The notes beneath the pieces are model-generated. The model was not told the DNA's origin. It ran no database searches and worked only from the letters and a program-made list of their open reading frames with translations. 64,000 nt of DNA from a virus: positions 107,508 to 171,507 of IMG/VR virus record IMGVR_UViG_3300033183_000299. One strand, written 5' to 3'. The position numbers and the translations under genes are program-made. How positions within the stretch are numbered: position 1 is the stretch's first letter; every line of letters begins with the position of its first letter. Shown here piece after piece: positions 1 to 8,805 of this stretch.

Positions 1-1198
1 CAGACTCAACACGTCCAATTTCAGCTAAGAAGTCAGTTTCCATAGAAGCAAAGTCAGCAGCTACAGCACCAGACAATGCGTCGATGTTGCCTTGCAAAGT
101 AGCATCTGCAGCAGAACGTGCAGTTGCTTCAGCAGTTTCACGAGCATCAGTGTAAGCTTTAGCGTCAGCCAATGCTTGAACATCACCAGCGGCACGGTCA
201 AGAAGTTCTTGAGCCAAGTCAGCAGCTAATGCATCATCACCTGCGATACGTGCAGTTTCTTCAGCATCGATGTTTCCTTGAAGAACACCGTCAGCAGCGA
301 TACGAGCAGTTTCTTCAGCAGAAACAGCGTTTGCACGAGCAGTAGCTTCGTTGTTGATAGCAGTTTGCAAGTTAGCATCAGCAGATTGACGAGCAGTTGC
401 TTCGTTGTTGATGTTAGTTTGCAATACAGCCTCAGCAGCCAAAGCGCGAGTTTCTTCTGCATTAACATCAGCGATGCGGTCAGCAATCTCAGTATCAACT
501 TTTCCGTCCAAAGTAACGATAGAAGTTACGATGTCGGTATCAGCCAATTGGTAAGCGTCAACAATTTCTTTCAAAGTGTCGAAGTCAACAGTAGAACCAG
601 ACAACATTGCATCGATACGACCTTTTTCAGTGTCGATTGCAGATTGCAATGCAGAGTCACCAGAGATGCGAGCAGACTCTTCAGCACCCAAAGCAGCTAC
701 AAAGTCAGTTTCCATTTGAGAGAAGTCAGCAGCTACAGCACCAGACAAAGCATCAATGTTGCCTTGAAGAGTAGTGTCGCCATCAATACGATTTTGAACT
801 TCAGCAGCAAGAGCAGCATTGTTAGAAGTAACGTAAGCGTCGTGCTTACCTTCGATGCGTGCTTCTTCACCAGTTGCGCGAGCGATTTCGCCATCAACTT
901 TTCCTTCAATACGAGCTTCTTCACCAGTTGCACGGGTTACTTCAGAAGCAAGATCGCCTTCAACAACAGAGATTGCAGCTTCAGCAGCAGCTTCAACAGC
1001 TTTCAAGTGCTTTTCTTGAACAAGTTTTTCACCACCAGCTTGTGGTTCCAAAGCGCCTACCTTAACAGCATCAGAAATTTCTGAGATGTTCTTAACAGCG
1101 CCAGTAGGAAGGGTAAGTTTTCCTTCCGCCAATTCCGACATATCAAATTCTGAAACCTGATCGTCAACCTTGACTTTTCCAATAAATAATTTAGCCAT
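1..1198 (-). CDS. Ala-rich coiled-coil repeat virion/fibre protein (3' end runs off window; absent from ORF track)
   Basis: ATG at 1198 with GGAGG SD. Translates MAKLFIGKVKVDDQVSEFDMSELAEGKLTLP... with repeated E..AR..AD..LQ.NID units and stays open to position 1. Confidence 0.8.
   Translation of the reverse strand, partial: MAKLFIGKVKVDDQVSEFDMSELAEGKLTLPTGAVKNISEISDAVKVGALEPQAGGEKLVQEKHLKAVEAAAEAAISVVEGDLASEVTRATGEEARIEGKVDGEIARATGEEARIEGKHDAYVTSNNAALAAEVQNRIDGDTTLQGNIDALSGAVAADFSQMETDFVAALGAEESARISGDSALQSAIDTEKGRIDAMLSGSTVDFDTLKEIVDAYQLADTDIVTSIVTLDGKVDTEIADRIADVNAEETRALAAEAVLQTNINNEATARQSADANLQTAINNEATARANAVSAEETARIAADGVLQGNIDAEETARIAGDDALAADLAQELLDRAAGDVQALADAKAYTDARETAEATARSAADATLQGNIDALSGAVAADFASMETDFLAEIGRVES
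31..772. repeat. Intragenic duplication (~31-100 and ~703-772) encoding LQGNIDALSGAVAADF..METDF; a tandem RATGEEARIEGK repeat lies nearby at ~847-936
   Basis: Near-identical DNA and peptide in both copies. Confidence 0.85.
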
Positions 1199-1227
1199 TA
1201 TTATATTCCTCCAAATAATGATCATAA

Positions 1228-1254
1228 GGCCCAGATACAGCGGTATCTCGGGCT
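1228..1254 (-). promoter_or_regulatory. Stem-loop in the 5' leader of the fibre gene
   Basis: On the + strand GCCC-AGATAC/agcg/GTATCT-c-GGGC, ~30 nt upstream of the ATG at 1198, with no adjacent U-tract on the minus strand. Confidence 0.4.
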
Positions 1255-1379
1255 ACACATAACTACTACGTTTTCAGGCCAAAGGAATATTTTTTTTCGG
1301 CACTTGCGGAATGAGTTTTTTAAACGGTGAAAAAAAAATTATTTTTCTATAATGTCGGTAGCTACGGAAGAGTAGAGGA

Positions 1380-3686
1380 TTACATTATAAAGAATTTCGA
1401 TTGCCCATCGGTGTAAATGTTGACTGACGTTCCCGCAGAGGCGAGAGTTAGACTGTTTCTATTTTCAATGAGTTGGTTCGGTTGAGCGACAACTTGGATT
1501 AGGTGCTGGTCAGCGGTCTCGGATTCATCCTTGAGAACCATGATTTGACCATTGAATAGTGTTGATGCATCTGGCAGTGTGATGACAATGTCTGACTGCG
1601 CTTGGATACCAATAAAGTAGTCAGTAGTGGAAACTCGATAATCTTCAGAGACAACGACCCTGTTCCTCACTTCTATGCCTGATTGCACTGCTGGTGAGAG
1701 GATAACGTTTCCATTTGCATCAATAGATAGGAAATTACTTGATGATCCCTGAGGGACATTTGATAGATTTAAACTAGGAACCTTGACTATACCCGAGGAT
1801 GGTATCAGATGTAGGTCTCCATCATCTTCAACATGTATATCGGCATATGTATGAGATGATATTCCGAACACCTCTTCTGTATTTGTTAGTCTTAATTGTG
1901 GATTAGAATCTTTTATCTCGACCTTCCTATTAGCATTTGAAGTCCCAACCGCCAAGGAAGATCCAACATTAAGATTGTTCGCAATCCCAGCGTCACCGCT
2001 TACATTAAGAAAGTCTAAGGAGCCAACTTGAGTTATATTTGGCTGCTGAGGTGTCTGAACTTGCCCTGTTATTGTTGAAGCATTAACGCTAGAAGCATTT
2101 AGGGTCGGTGTAGTCACGCTGCTGGACGCTATGACTGTATCTCCATTGGTAATCGTGTTTGTCTCAAGATTATTGAAGATACCCAGATCTGAGGAAACGG
2201 ACACCGAAGATGAGATAGTACCAACGTCAGACAATATAATATCGTCACTAGGGCCTACACGAAGGTCTCCAAAGACTTTTGTTGAGTTTGCTATGTCTAT
2301 GGTGCCTACATTGGTAGAGAGCGTTGTGGAGCTATTTGAGACGTTTATAGATAGCTTATTTGTTTGAGTTCCAACCTTGAATTGATTTGAGGGAGACTCA
2401 ACCATCAATTTGGCTTCCGGACTGGTTGCCCCAATACCAACTGTATCTTCATTAATAAATATCTCATTCGCAATTGCTAGGCCATTTGGGGCCGTTATTG
2501 TTGATGCGTTTATAGTAACGGTATCTGTAGCTGCGTCTCCAAGAGTCATTGTGTCCGCAGATACAACAAAGTCCGTTGTTCTTGCGTGAAGCGTGCCTGT
2601 AATATAGAGGTCTCCAGATATCCCAACGTCTCCTTGGACATCTAGGGAGTAGCTTGGACTAGTTGTATTGATACCAACTCGATTGTTTGTTGGAAGTATG
2701 TGGAAGTTACCATCAGAATCAGTTCCTATATCGGTATGTCTTTCTGAGAAGGCCGGAAGAAATGTGCCCGGTTGAATTGTGGCGGCGGATGAAAGCCTAA
2801 GTTGCGATCCTAAGCCATCAAAAACTTCTAATCTTCTTGAAGGGACACCGGTTCCAATACCAACTCGATCGTTTTTTACAACGAGATCTCTTATTCCAAC
2901 TTCCAACCCTTCTTCAACAACCATATATTCAAAACCAGCGATTGAAGAATTTTCCGTGGTCGCAAAGGATGTTGGAGAAATGGAAGTGGTACCTCCGGCC
3001 TGTGTAGTTGAGATGTTTGTTTGAGTCTCCCCTGTACCAGCGTCTAGAATCACTTTTCCGTTTACATCAACAATTCTACCGGTGAGGATGATATCTCCAG
3101 CTCTCATATTTGAAGACGTTAAGTAAGTTGAAGTTGTTTGAGCTGATGTGAGTTCTTCCGTCTCGGCTATGTCAAAATATGCAAGAGAAGAGCTAAGTTC
3201 ATCTGTCTGTATGGTTCCAGTAACATATAGAGTGTCGTTCTCGTAACTAAGGTTTGACTCTGTCTTGATTGCTTTTTGGCCACCTCCGAGAACAAGATGG
3301 TTTACCTCTTGGGTCTCGTATGTATTTACGGCAACGCCAATTAGATTGGCTCCGTTACCATAAAGGTTTGTCGCCGTTATATCCCCAGAAGCATCTAAAT
3401 CGCCAGTTAAAGATATGGATCCTGTGAATTGATGCTCGTCATCTAGAGTGTCTCCGAACTTTGAGGAACCAGTAACATCAAGGTGAACAACGGTCGTTGT
3501 TTGAGATTGGATCTCAAAGTTTTTTGCTATGATGTTCCCAGAGACAACAAGCGCTTCGTCATCTTCTGACCATACAAGTTTGCTGTCATGGTCTAAGTTG
3601 GTATCAGATCCTGCTATCTGAATAGAACCCTTAGGTCCAGAAGCCTCCGAACCAACAACATATGCCCAACCTTGTTCCAAAGCCAT
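1380..3686 (-). CDS. Tail fibre-like virion protein
   Basis: 768 aa. Repeated VGIGT..P...L.V beta motifs, GSTKFGD-like motif (GSSKFGDTLDDEHQFTGS), C-terminal ITLPDA...LKDE domain. Confidence 0.7.
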   Translation of the reverse strand: MALEQGWAYVVGSEASGPKGSIQIAGSDTNLDHDSKLVWSEDDEALVVSGNIIAKNFEIQSQTTTVVHLDVTGSSKFGDTLDDEHQFTGSISLTGDLDASGDITATNLYGNGANLIGVAVNTYETQEVNHLVLGGGQKAIKTESNLSYENDTLYVTGTIQTDELSSSLAYFDIAETEELTSAQTTSTYLTSSNMRAGDIILTGRIVDVNGKVILDAGTGETQTNISTTQAGGTTSISPTSFATTENSSIAGFEYMVVEEGLEVGIRDLVVKNDRVGIGTGVPSRRLEVFDGLGSQLRLSSAATIQPGTFLPAFSERHTDIGTDSDGNFHILPTNNRVGINTTSPSYSLDVQGDVGISGDLYITGTLHARTTDFVVSADTMTLGDAATDTVTINASTITAPNGLAIANEIFINEDTVGIGATSPEAKLMVESPSNQFKVGTQTNKLSINVSNSSTTLSTNVGTIDIANSTKVFGDLRVGPSDDIILSDVGTISSSVSVSSDLGIFNNLETNTITNGDTVIASSSVTTPTLNASSVNASTITGQVQTPQQPNITQVGSLDFLNVSGDAGIANNLNVGSSLAVGTSNANRKVEIKDSNPQLRLTNTEEVFGISSHTYADIHVEDDGDLHLIPSSGIVKVPSLNLSNVPQGSSSNFLSIDANGNVILSPAVQSGIEVRNRVVVSEDYRVSTTDYFIGIQAQSDIVITLPDASTLFNGQIMVLKDESETADQHLIQVVAQPNQLIENRNSLTLASAGTSVNIYTDGQSKFFIM

Positions 3687-4756
3687 TACTCATCGATTCC
3701 TGGTCCGGTTAGCTCATACATGTTATCTGCAGGGATGCTCGTAAGGGAAGCGAGAATATCAATTTGAACATCCGCCCCATCAGCATAGATGTGAAGTTTT
3801 TTGAATTTTCCGTTAAATTCAAAAACATCTTTGCCCACTAATGAGATAGTATTGTTGAAGGTTGCGGAGTTGGATTGAACGAACCATCCTTCCTTGGAAT
3901 CGACAAAAGATGCGTCTGTTGAGCCGTTATTGTTCAAAGTCAAGTTTGCTATCCCAACTCTGTCTTGAATGGTGGTTATTGTATCCACCCCATTTGAATC
4001 TATAAAGTCTCCAACACCAACTCCGTCTTCAATTGCCCACCAATGTAGAAGATTCGCCAAAGCAGAGTGGCTTCTTGGATCAAGATAATTTCCTTCATTT
4101 AGTAATTCTATGACCTCTTGTTCGCTCAAGCTTTTATTCCAAAAAGAAATGGAATCATATGGGCCATCAAAGACACCTGCACTAACATTTGAAAAACGTA
4201 GCTCTCTGATACCATTAGACCTACTATTTGCTTGATTTACGACAGCTACACCGTCAACAAAAATTTTAAAAATTCCGGATGAGTTATCGTATTGATATGT
4301 AAAGTGATGCCACTCATCAAAAGAGAAGTTTTCCACACTAGCGCTTATCGAAGTTCCACCAGTATTAGATTGGTTTATTTCCAAAGAGTCTCCATTCTTG
4401 TTTAAGTATAGAAAATCGTTCGCATACCCACACTGCAATACAGATACTTGACTAGTTGTAAGATTACCCGTATACATCCAAAAGGATACGGTAAATGTTG
4501 TATGAGTCACACCTACATTTGTACGATACCAATCATCTGGTTCAATATCTATTGCCCTAGAGCGTTGCATAAACATATCTCTAAAGCCAAGATAAGCCGT
4601 ACCACTTGTTGACTGTTTTTTAATCCTAATTCCCTTTGAAACGTTGGGAAGCTCAATGATTGCTTGAGTTCCACTTGAGACCGTTAAGGTCTTCACCCAG
4701 GGTCGACCAGATACCTGATATGAGCCAACATTTTGTAAACCAACTGAATAAGCCAT
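3686..4756 (-). CDS. Virion protein of the GL..VGxYQVSGRPW family with an inserted LamG/ConA-like domain
   Basis: N- and C-termini are paralogous to 4756..5166. Central FTVSFW...WHHF...KIFVDG...D.ISFWNKSLS LamG motifs. Confidence 0.7.
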   Translation of the reverse strand: MAYSVGLQNVGSYQVSGRPWVKTLTVSSGTQAIIELPNVSKGIRIKKQSTSGTAYLGFRDMFMQRSRAIDIEPDDWYRTNVGVTHTTFTVSFWMYTGNLTTSQVSVLQCGYANDFLYLNKNGDSLEINQSNTGGTSISASVENFSFDEWHHFTYQYDNSSGIFKIFVDGVAVVNQANSRSNGIRELRFSNVSAGVFDGPYDSISFWNKSLSEQEVIELLNEGNYLDPRSHSALANLLHWWAIEDGVGVGDFIDSNGVDTITTIQDRVGIANLTLNNNGSTDASFVDSKEGWFVQSNSATFNNTISLVGKDVFEFNGKFKKLHIYADGADVQIDILASLTSIPADNMYELTGPGIDE

Positions 4757-5166
4757 TAGCTAATCCCCTCTAAACCATCTACATCAAACATTCTAGATGA
4801 GGGAATATTTGTTAGTTCAGCGTATATCTCAACAGCTTCAGTCCCAGAAGCATTTGGAGAGGAAATGAAAACTTCTTTGCACTTTACGTCAATTTCTATT
4901 TGACCAGAGCCAGACAGGACAATAAAGTTGTTATCAGTTGAGGCACCATCTGAATATCCAAAGCTAGCAGTATATGGAGCAAAATGCACTCTTATGTCTA
5001 CAGTATCGTTTGTGCGAACACTGATGGACTTGGTCACAGATTCAAATTGGAACCTTAGTGACTCATTGGTATCGGTAGGCAATACAGAGCCACTGATCCA
5101 TGGTCGACCAGATACTTGATATGCTCCAACATGATTTAGTCCAACTGAATAGAAATTTGAGCTCAT
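4756..5166 (-). CDS. Small virion protein (GL..VGxYQVSGRPW family)
   Basis: 136 aa, SD and late motif upstream, paralogs at 3686 and 22489. Confidence 0.65.
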   Translation of the reverse strand: MSSNFYSVGLNHVGAYQVSGRPWISGSVLPTDTNESLRFQFESVTKSISVRTNDTVDIRVHFAPYTASFGYSDGASTDNNFIVLSGSGQIEIDVKCKEVFISSPNASGTEAVEIYAELTNIPSSRMFDVDGLEGIS

Positions 5167-5187
5167 AATTATTCCTCTCTTTTTGAA

Positions 5188-5391
5188 CTAAATAGTTATT
5201 TTTTTGTTCTTCTTAAGTCTTGCTCTCCACTTTTTACGAGCAAGCCGCTTTTTCTCAGAGTCGGAAGTAAAGTGTTTTCTATCTCTAGTTTCTTGGATGA
5301 TCCCAAGTTTCTTACATTTTTTTGTAAATCTTTTGATGAATCTCTCCATCGTTTCGCCCTTGCGAGGTTTTGCTTTGTAGTTTGTAGACAT
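5188..5391 (-). CDS. rpsU: Ribosomal protein bS21
   Basis: MSTNYKAKPRKGETMERFIKRFTKKCKKLGIIQETRDRKHFTSDSEKKR matches the S21 pattern (E..E..lkRF.kk....Gi..e.r.R..f.kps.kr). ATG at 5391. Confidence 0.85.
   Translation of the reverse strand: MSTNYKAKPRKGETMERFIKRFTKKCKKLGIIQETRDRKHFTSDSEKKRLARKKWRARLKKNKKITI
5189..5196 (-). promoter_or_regulatory. Putative late promoter ACTATTTA
   Basis: Member of the recurring ACTAnTTA motif, 22 nt upstream of the gene starting at 5166. Confidence 0.6.
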
Positions 5392-5393
5392 TG

Positions 5394-5819
5394 TTATCCC
5401 TTTGCTAGTTTGGACCAAATAGCGGAAGACATTCCGAAAGCAGACAGGTCAACACCGGGATCGTTTGGAGCAACACCATCAAGGGCTTTTGAACCATGAG
5501 GTGAGCTACCAGACTTACCGCTGTCTCTATTTGTGAGAGGCTGGGTTCCTTCAAAGAGGTCAACACCATTGTAAGCGTCTCGACCAACTGAGTCCAGCAT
5601 CCTTCTTCGTCTTTCTTTCATCTTTCGCTCTTGAGCTTCATAATCGACTTGAGGCGCTTGATAGGCAGCAGGTCTTTGTGTCTCGACAATACGTTGAGAT
5701 CCCGTGCCTTTGACAACCTCAGAAATGATTCCAGAGAGAACTCCGTCTTCAAAAATAACTTCTTTGATACACTCTTTAATGAGTGGCTTAAGTGTTTTTT
5801 TTAATTGTTCTTTGTTCAT
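5394..5819 (-). CDS. Hypothetical head-associated protein
   Basis: 141 aa, directly downstream of the prohead protease. N-terminal LIKECIKEVIFE motif. Confidence 0.6.
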   Translation of the reverse strand: MNKEQLKKTLKPLIKECIKEVIFEDGVLSGIISEVVKGTGSQRIVETQRPAAYQAPQVDYEAQERKMKERRRRMLDSVGRDAYNGVDLFEGTQPLTNRDSGKSGSSPHGSKALDGVAPNDPGVDLSAFGMSSAIWSKLAKG

Positions 5820-6446
5820 TTAGTCTCCAAGAATCTTCTTAAATAGATTGTCTATATTATTTTCTCTTTGTTCTCGCAATCTCATGTTGAATGATGAATG
5901 GGAACTTTTAGATTTTTGACCGGGATAGACATAGGCATCCGGTGTGGACGGCTCAGATACAATATCAAAGCAAATCAATTGAAAATCTTCTTCCACCACT
6001 GTGCTGCCCATCGACTCTTTCACCGATCCAAGTCCTCGAGATGAAATCCCAAGTTTCACTCCGGCATTGATGAGGTCTTTTAAGATACGTCCACTAGGAG
6101 TGTCTAAGACCTTGATCTTGCCCATTACATCATTGCCTTCCCACCAACACTCTACAACCATGTGAGAAACGTTTTTAAGGTTGATTACGGAGTCGTCAGG
6201 GTGGTCCAACTCACCTGTTGCTCGATTGTCTTTTACAATCTTCATGTAGTTGTCGATTTCTCGTTTTAAAACTTTTGACGGATAAACTCGTCCGTTTCCA
6301 TTTTTCTTATCTGCTGTTTGAATTCTTCCTGTGAGATACACTGCGCCTTCTTGAACGACTTCTTTCTTTTCTCGTTCGGTCAACAGATCAAGGCACATGC
6401 CGTCTGGACATAAGGCGTGGAATTCTCTCAATAATTGTTTTGACAT
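5820..6446 (-). CDS. Prohead core protease (T4 gp21-like)
   Basis: NGNGRVYP, GELDHP, VSH, DTPSGRI, GISSRGLGS, FDIVSEPSTPDA motifs. Confidence 0.95.
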   Translation of the reverse strand: MSKQLLREFHALCPDGMCLDLLTEREKKEVVQEGAVYLTGRIQTADKKNGNGRVYPSKVLKREIDNYMKIVKDNRATGELDHPDDSVINLKNVSHMVVECWWEGNDVMGKIKVLDTPSGRILKDLINAGVKLGISSRGLGSVKESMGSTVVEEDFQLICFDIVSEPSTPDAYVYPGQKSKSSHSSFNMRLREQRENNIDNLFKKILGD

Positions 6447-6462
6447 TAGTTGCTCCTAAAAT

Positions 6463-7035
6463 TTATTGACCCGGGAAGAGATCACCCAAATCAAAACCAC
6501 CAGATTCGTCGTCGATGTCTCCATCCTTAATTGCACCAGCATCAATAGCGGCGTTCATTGCAGATTGAAATTCCATTCCTCCATCATAGTAGGGTTCGAA
6601 TGCATACTCCCCATTGTTGTAACCCCACATATACACGTAAGGTAATTCGCCATCCTCATCTACGCCCAATGCCTCAATGGCTTTGTGCTTTGCTCGTAGC
6701 AAATCATCTAGTGCTTGACGAATCCTGCTATCGGATGGCCACCGTTCCTCGGGGTCGAATCCCCGATATCCACCAGACGGCTGTTCTGGTTCAGCTAGTG
6801 GGGTGCTTGATGTTTTTTTAAATGCATCCAATCTTCCTTGCGTTCTGGCTCTCTCGTACTCTCTCTTTCTTCGTTCTTCCTCTTCGGCTTTAGCTTTCTT
6901 AGACGCTGCCGCCGCTCTTTTGTGCTTGGCCGCGGCTGCAATCCCGAGACCGTAGATTAAAGGATTGGATTCCATAACAACTTCCAATTCTTCTTTGATA
7001 ATTCTTTTTAATACTTCTTTTGTGATTTTCACCAT
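6463..7035 (-). CDS. Hypothetical protein with KITKEVLKRIIKEELE leader (putative internal head protein)
   Basis: Leader shared with 26540..26923 and 27530..27787. Confidence 0.6.
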   Translation of the reverse strand: MVKITKEVLKRIIKEELEVVMESNPLIYGLGIAAAAKHKRAAAASKKAKAEEEERRKREYERARTQGRLDAFKKTSSTPLAEPEQPSGGYRGFDPEERWPSDSRIRQALDDLLRAKHKAIEALGVDEDGELPYVYMWGYNNGEYAFEPYYDGGMEFQSAMNAAIDAGAIKDGDIDDESGGFDLGDLFPGQ

Positions 7036-7057
7036 TTTTCTCCATTATTTAGAATAT

Positions 7058-7095
7058 GGGTGGAGACTTGCCCCACCCCTGCGGGCGCTACCCGC
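7058..7095 (-). other. Tandem GC-rich hairpins
   Basis: On the minus strand GCGGG-TAGCG-CCCGC followed by GGGTGGGG-CAAGT-CTCCACCC, no U-tract. Confidence 0.55.
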
Positions 7096-7100
7096 GTGAT

Positions 7101-7160
7101 CTAGGATCCGCTGCAACAGCGACGGACAGGTTGTAAAACCCAGCGCTTAATCATCGACAT
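7101..7160 (-). CDS. Small 19-aa peptide MSMIKRWVLQPVRRCCSGS
   Basis: ATG at 7160 preceded by a GGGGGTG SD-like sequence, overlapping the stop of the upstream gene. TAG at 7101-7103. Confidence 0.45.
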   Translation of the reverse strand: MSMIKRWVLQPVRRCCSGS

Positions 7161-7476
7161 GCTCACCCCCTGGTCTCGATGATAGTCTTAAGCCGAAATC
7201 ATCGACCAAGACCGAAATTAAATAAGATGTTCCGGCTGAAATACAACCAAGAACAATAGCGTTAATCAAAGAACGCTCATAGCTAAATAGTTCAGTAAAT
7301 GGAGAAAGCATCACTAAGACCACCCCAGCCCAAAAACCAGTGCACAAAGGACAATTCCAAAGTGTGTTCCATTTTTTTGTGTAATCTTTTTTTGGTCTTA
7401 TGTCCTCAAAGATTTTCCCATAAACAATTATAAAGGTCATGCCGTAAGAGGCAAGAATAAAGTGCATTAAATCCAA
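7147..7476 (-). CDS. Membrane protein with CxxC (DUF1360-like)
   Basis: Three hydrophobic segments and a CPLCTGFW motif. Confidence 0.65.
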   Translation of the reverse strand: MDLMHFILASYGMTFIIVYGKIFEDIRPKKDYTKKWNTLWNCPLCTGFWAGVVLVMLSPFTELFSYERSLINAIVLGCISAGTSYLISVLVDDFGLRLSSRPGGEHVDD

Positions 7477-7484
7477 TGTTTCTC

Positions 7485-8228
7485 CTACAAGTGGTCCTTG
7501 AAGCTTTCGTTATCTTTTTCTAATAGCTCAGCTACAAACTCTCTTTCTGTTACCCATTGCGTTGGTAATAGCTCTTCCATAAACCTCATATGGTTTTCTT
7601 CATACATAGCCATGGGTGCTTCATAGATCTCTGGGTTCTTATGCATGAAGGCATGGTTCGTTGCATTCTCTTCATCTTCATCGTCAAGATATGTAGCACA
7701 ATCATCGTTGGGATCTGGGGTTACACCTTTGTAGTCAAACTCTGTGCTGTTGTAGGGAGCATCTGTTTGGGCCATGCTATACACTTGACTGCTGGCTTTG
7801 AATTGATCCCACTTCTCGATAGCTTCTGGCTGCGTTCCAGCATGCTTGTCTGATGTGAGAGCTGCATTATTTTGCTTAGCAATCAAGAAAGCAAAACCGT
7901 ATAGCAACGCTCCATATCCAACTCGTCTATGGTCATCGGAGGTATGAATAGCCTTAACATGCCATGCTGGACCTCGACCATTACCCGAAAGGCAAGGGCC
8001 TTCTTCGCTTAGCTTTTCGATCCAAATAGAACCTATTATTTCCATGTTATCAAATTGGTCTTCAACCTTTTCTCCTACCCCTCTTTTATAAAGGATGAGT
8101 GCGGCCTCTTCACCTGGGGCGATCATTGCTTTTAAGCATACTTGATCTTCTGGGAGCCTTACTCCCCTCTCCTCTTGTTCTCGTAGAAAGCGTCTCCATC
8201 CTTCCACGATAAGCTTGTGTCTATTCAT
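7485..8228 (-). CDS. GNAT-like acetyltransferase with LIVEGWRRFLRE leader
   Basis: Start reassigned to ATG 8228 (MNRHKL). HVKAIHTSDDHRRVGYGALLY resembles GNAT acetyl-CoA-binding motif A. Confidence 0.55.
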   Translation of the reverse strand: MNRHKLIVEGWRRFLREQEERGVRLPEDQVCLKAMIAPGEEAALILYKRGVGEKVEDQFDNMEIIGSIWIEKLSEEGPCLSGNGRGPAWHVKAIHTSDDHRRVGYGALLYGFAFLIAKQNNAALTSDKHAGTQPEAIEKWDQFKASSQVYSMAQTDAPYNSTEFDYKGVTPDPNDDCATYLDDEDEENATNHAFMHKNPEIYEAPMAMYEENHMRFMEELLPTQWVTEREFVAELLEKDNESFKDHL

Positions 8229-8805
8229 AAGTGTATCTTCCATATAGGTAGGGACTGAAGAGGTTATGCTGTCTAATTGAGCCCTTCTCTTCTTCGTGTG
8301 GTACTTCTCCAAGCTCTGTTGAATATTCTCCATCTGGTGACAATAGATGATCATCCATCATATCTTCATATCCAGTCCTTCCCGACATCATTGGCTGTTC
8401 TTTTTCCATCCATTCTGATATCTTCATTAAGGTTATCTCAACAGACTTATCACTTTCCATTAGCTTTCCCTCTAGAGACCCATAGATATTCCCACCTTGG
8501 ATAGAATCGTAATTCAAAACTCCACTCTTTCTAAGGTACTCAAGCAATCGAGACTCAGCACCATATACAAGATCAGACATTGTTTCTTTAGCGAAAGCTA
8601 CAATCTTTTTTTCATTCTGCTTTATTACAATATCAATATCCTTATGATCCATAATCATCAAGTCGCCATTTAAAGCGGATCTAAGTTTAAGCTTACCTTC
8701 TAGCCTATCTTTCTCAACAATTTCAATTTTAACTCCCTCAGGCTCTTGAGGTACTTCTTCTACTTCTGGTTCTTCTTGATTTGTAATTTTAATATTAATC
8801 GGCAT
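8221..8805 (-). CDS. Hypothetical protein (head module)
   Basis: 194-aa ORF with SD, overlapping both neighbours. Confidence 0.65.
   Translation of the reverse strand: MPINIKITNQEEPEVEEVPQEPEGVKIEIVEKDRLEGKLKLRSALNGDLMIMDHKDIDIVIKQNEKKIVAFAKETMSDLVYGAESRLLEYLRKSGVLNYDSIQGGNIYGSLEGKLMESDKSVEITLMKISEWMEKEQPMMSGRTGYEDMMDDHLLSPDGEYSTELGEVPHEEEKGSIRQHNLFSPYLYGRYTYE

Noticed and set aside
278-1084. 268-aa plus-strand ORF
   Set aside because: Antisense shadow of the repetitive minus-strand fibre gene; Ser/Phe-rich with no SD.
7101-7160. Selenoprotein call
   Set aside because: No in-frame TGA in this allele: Cys codons are TGT/TGC and the stop is TAG.
8229-8354. ORF-track N-terminal extensions (also those starting at 5418, 13711, 19566, 22516, 24619, 26510, 28367)
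   Set aside because: They overlap upstream genes or promoters, or lack an SD; downstream ATGs have SDs or stop-start coupling.
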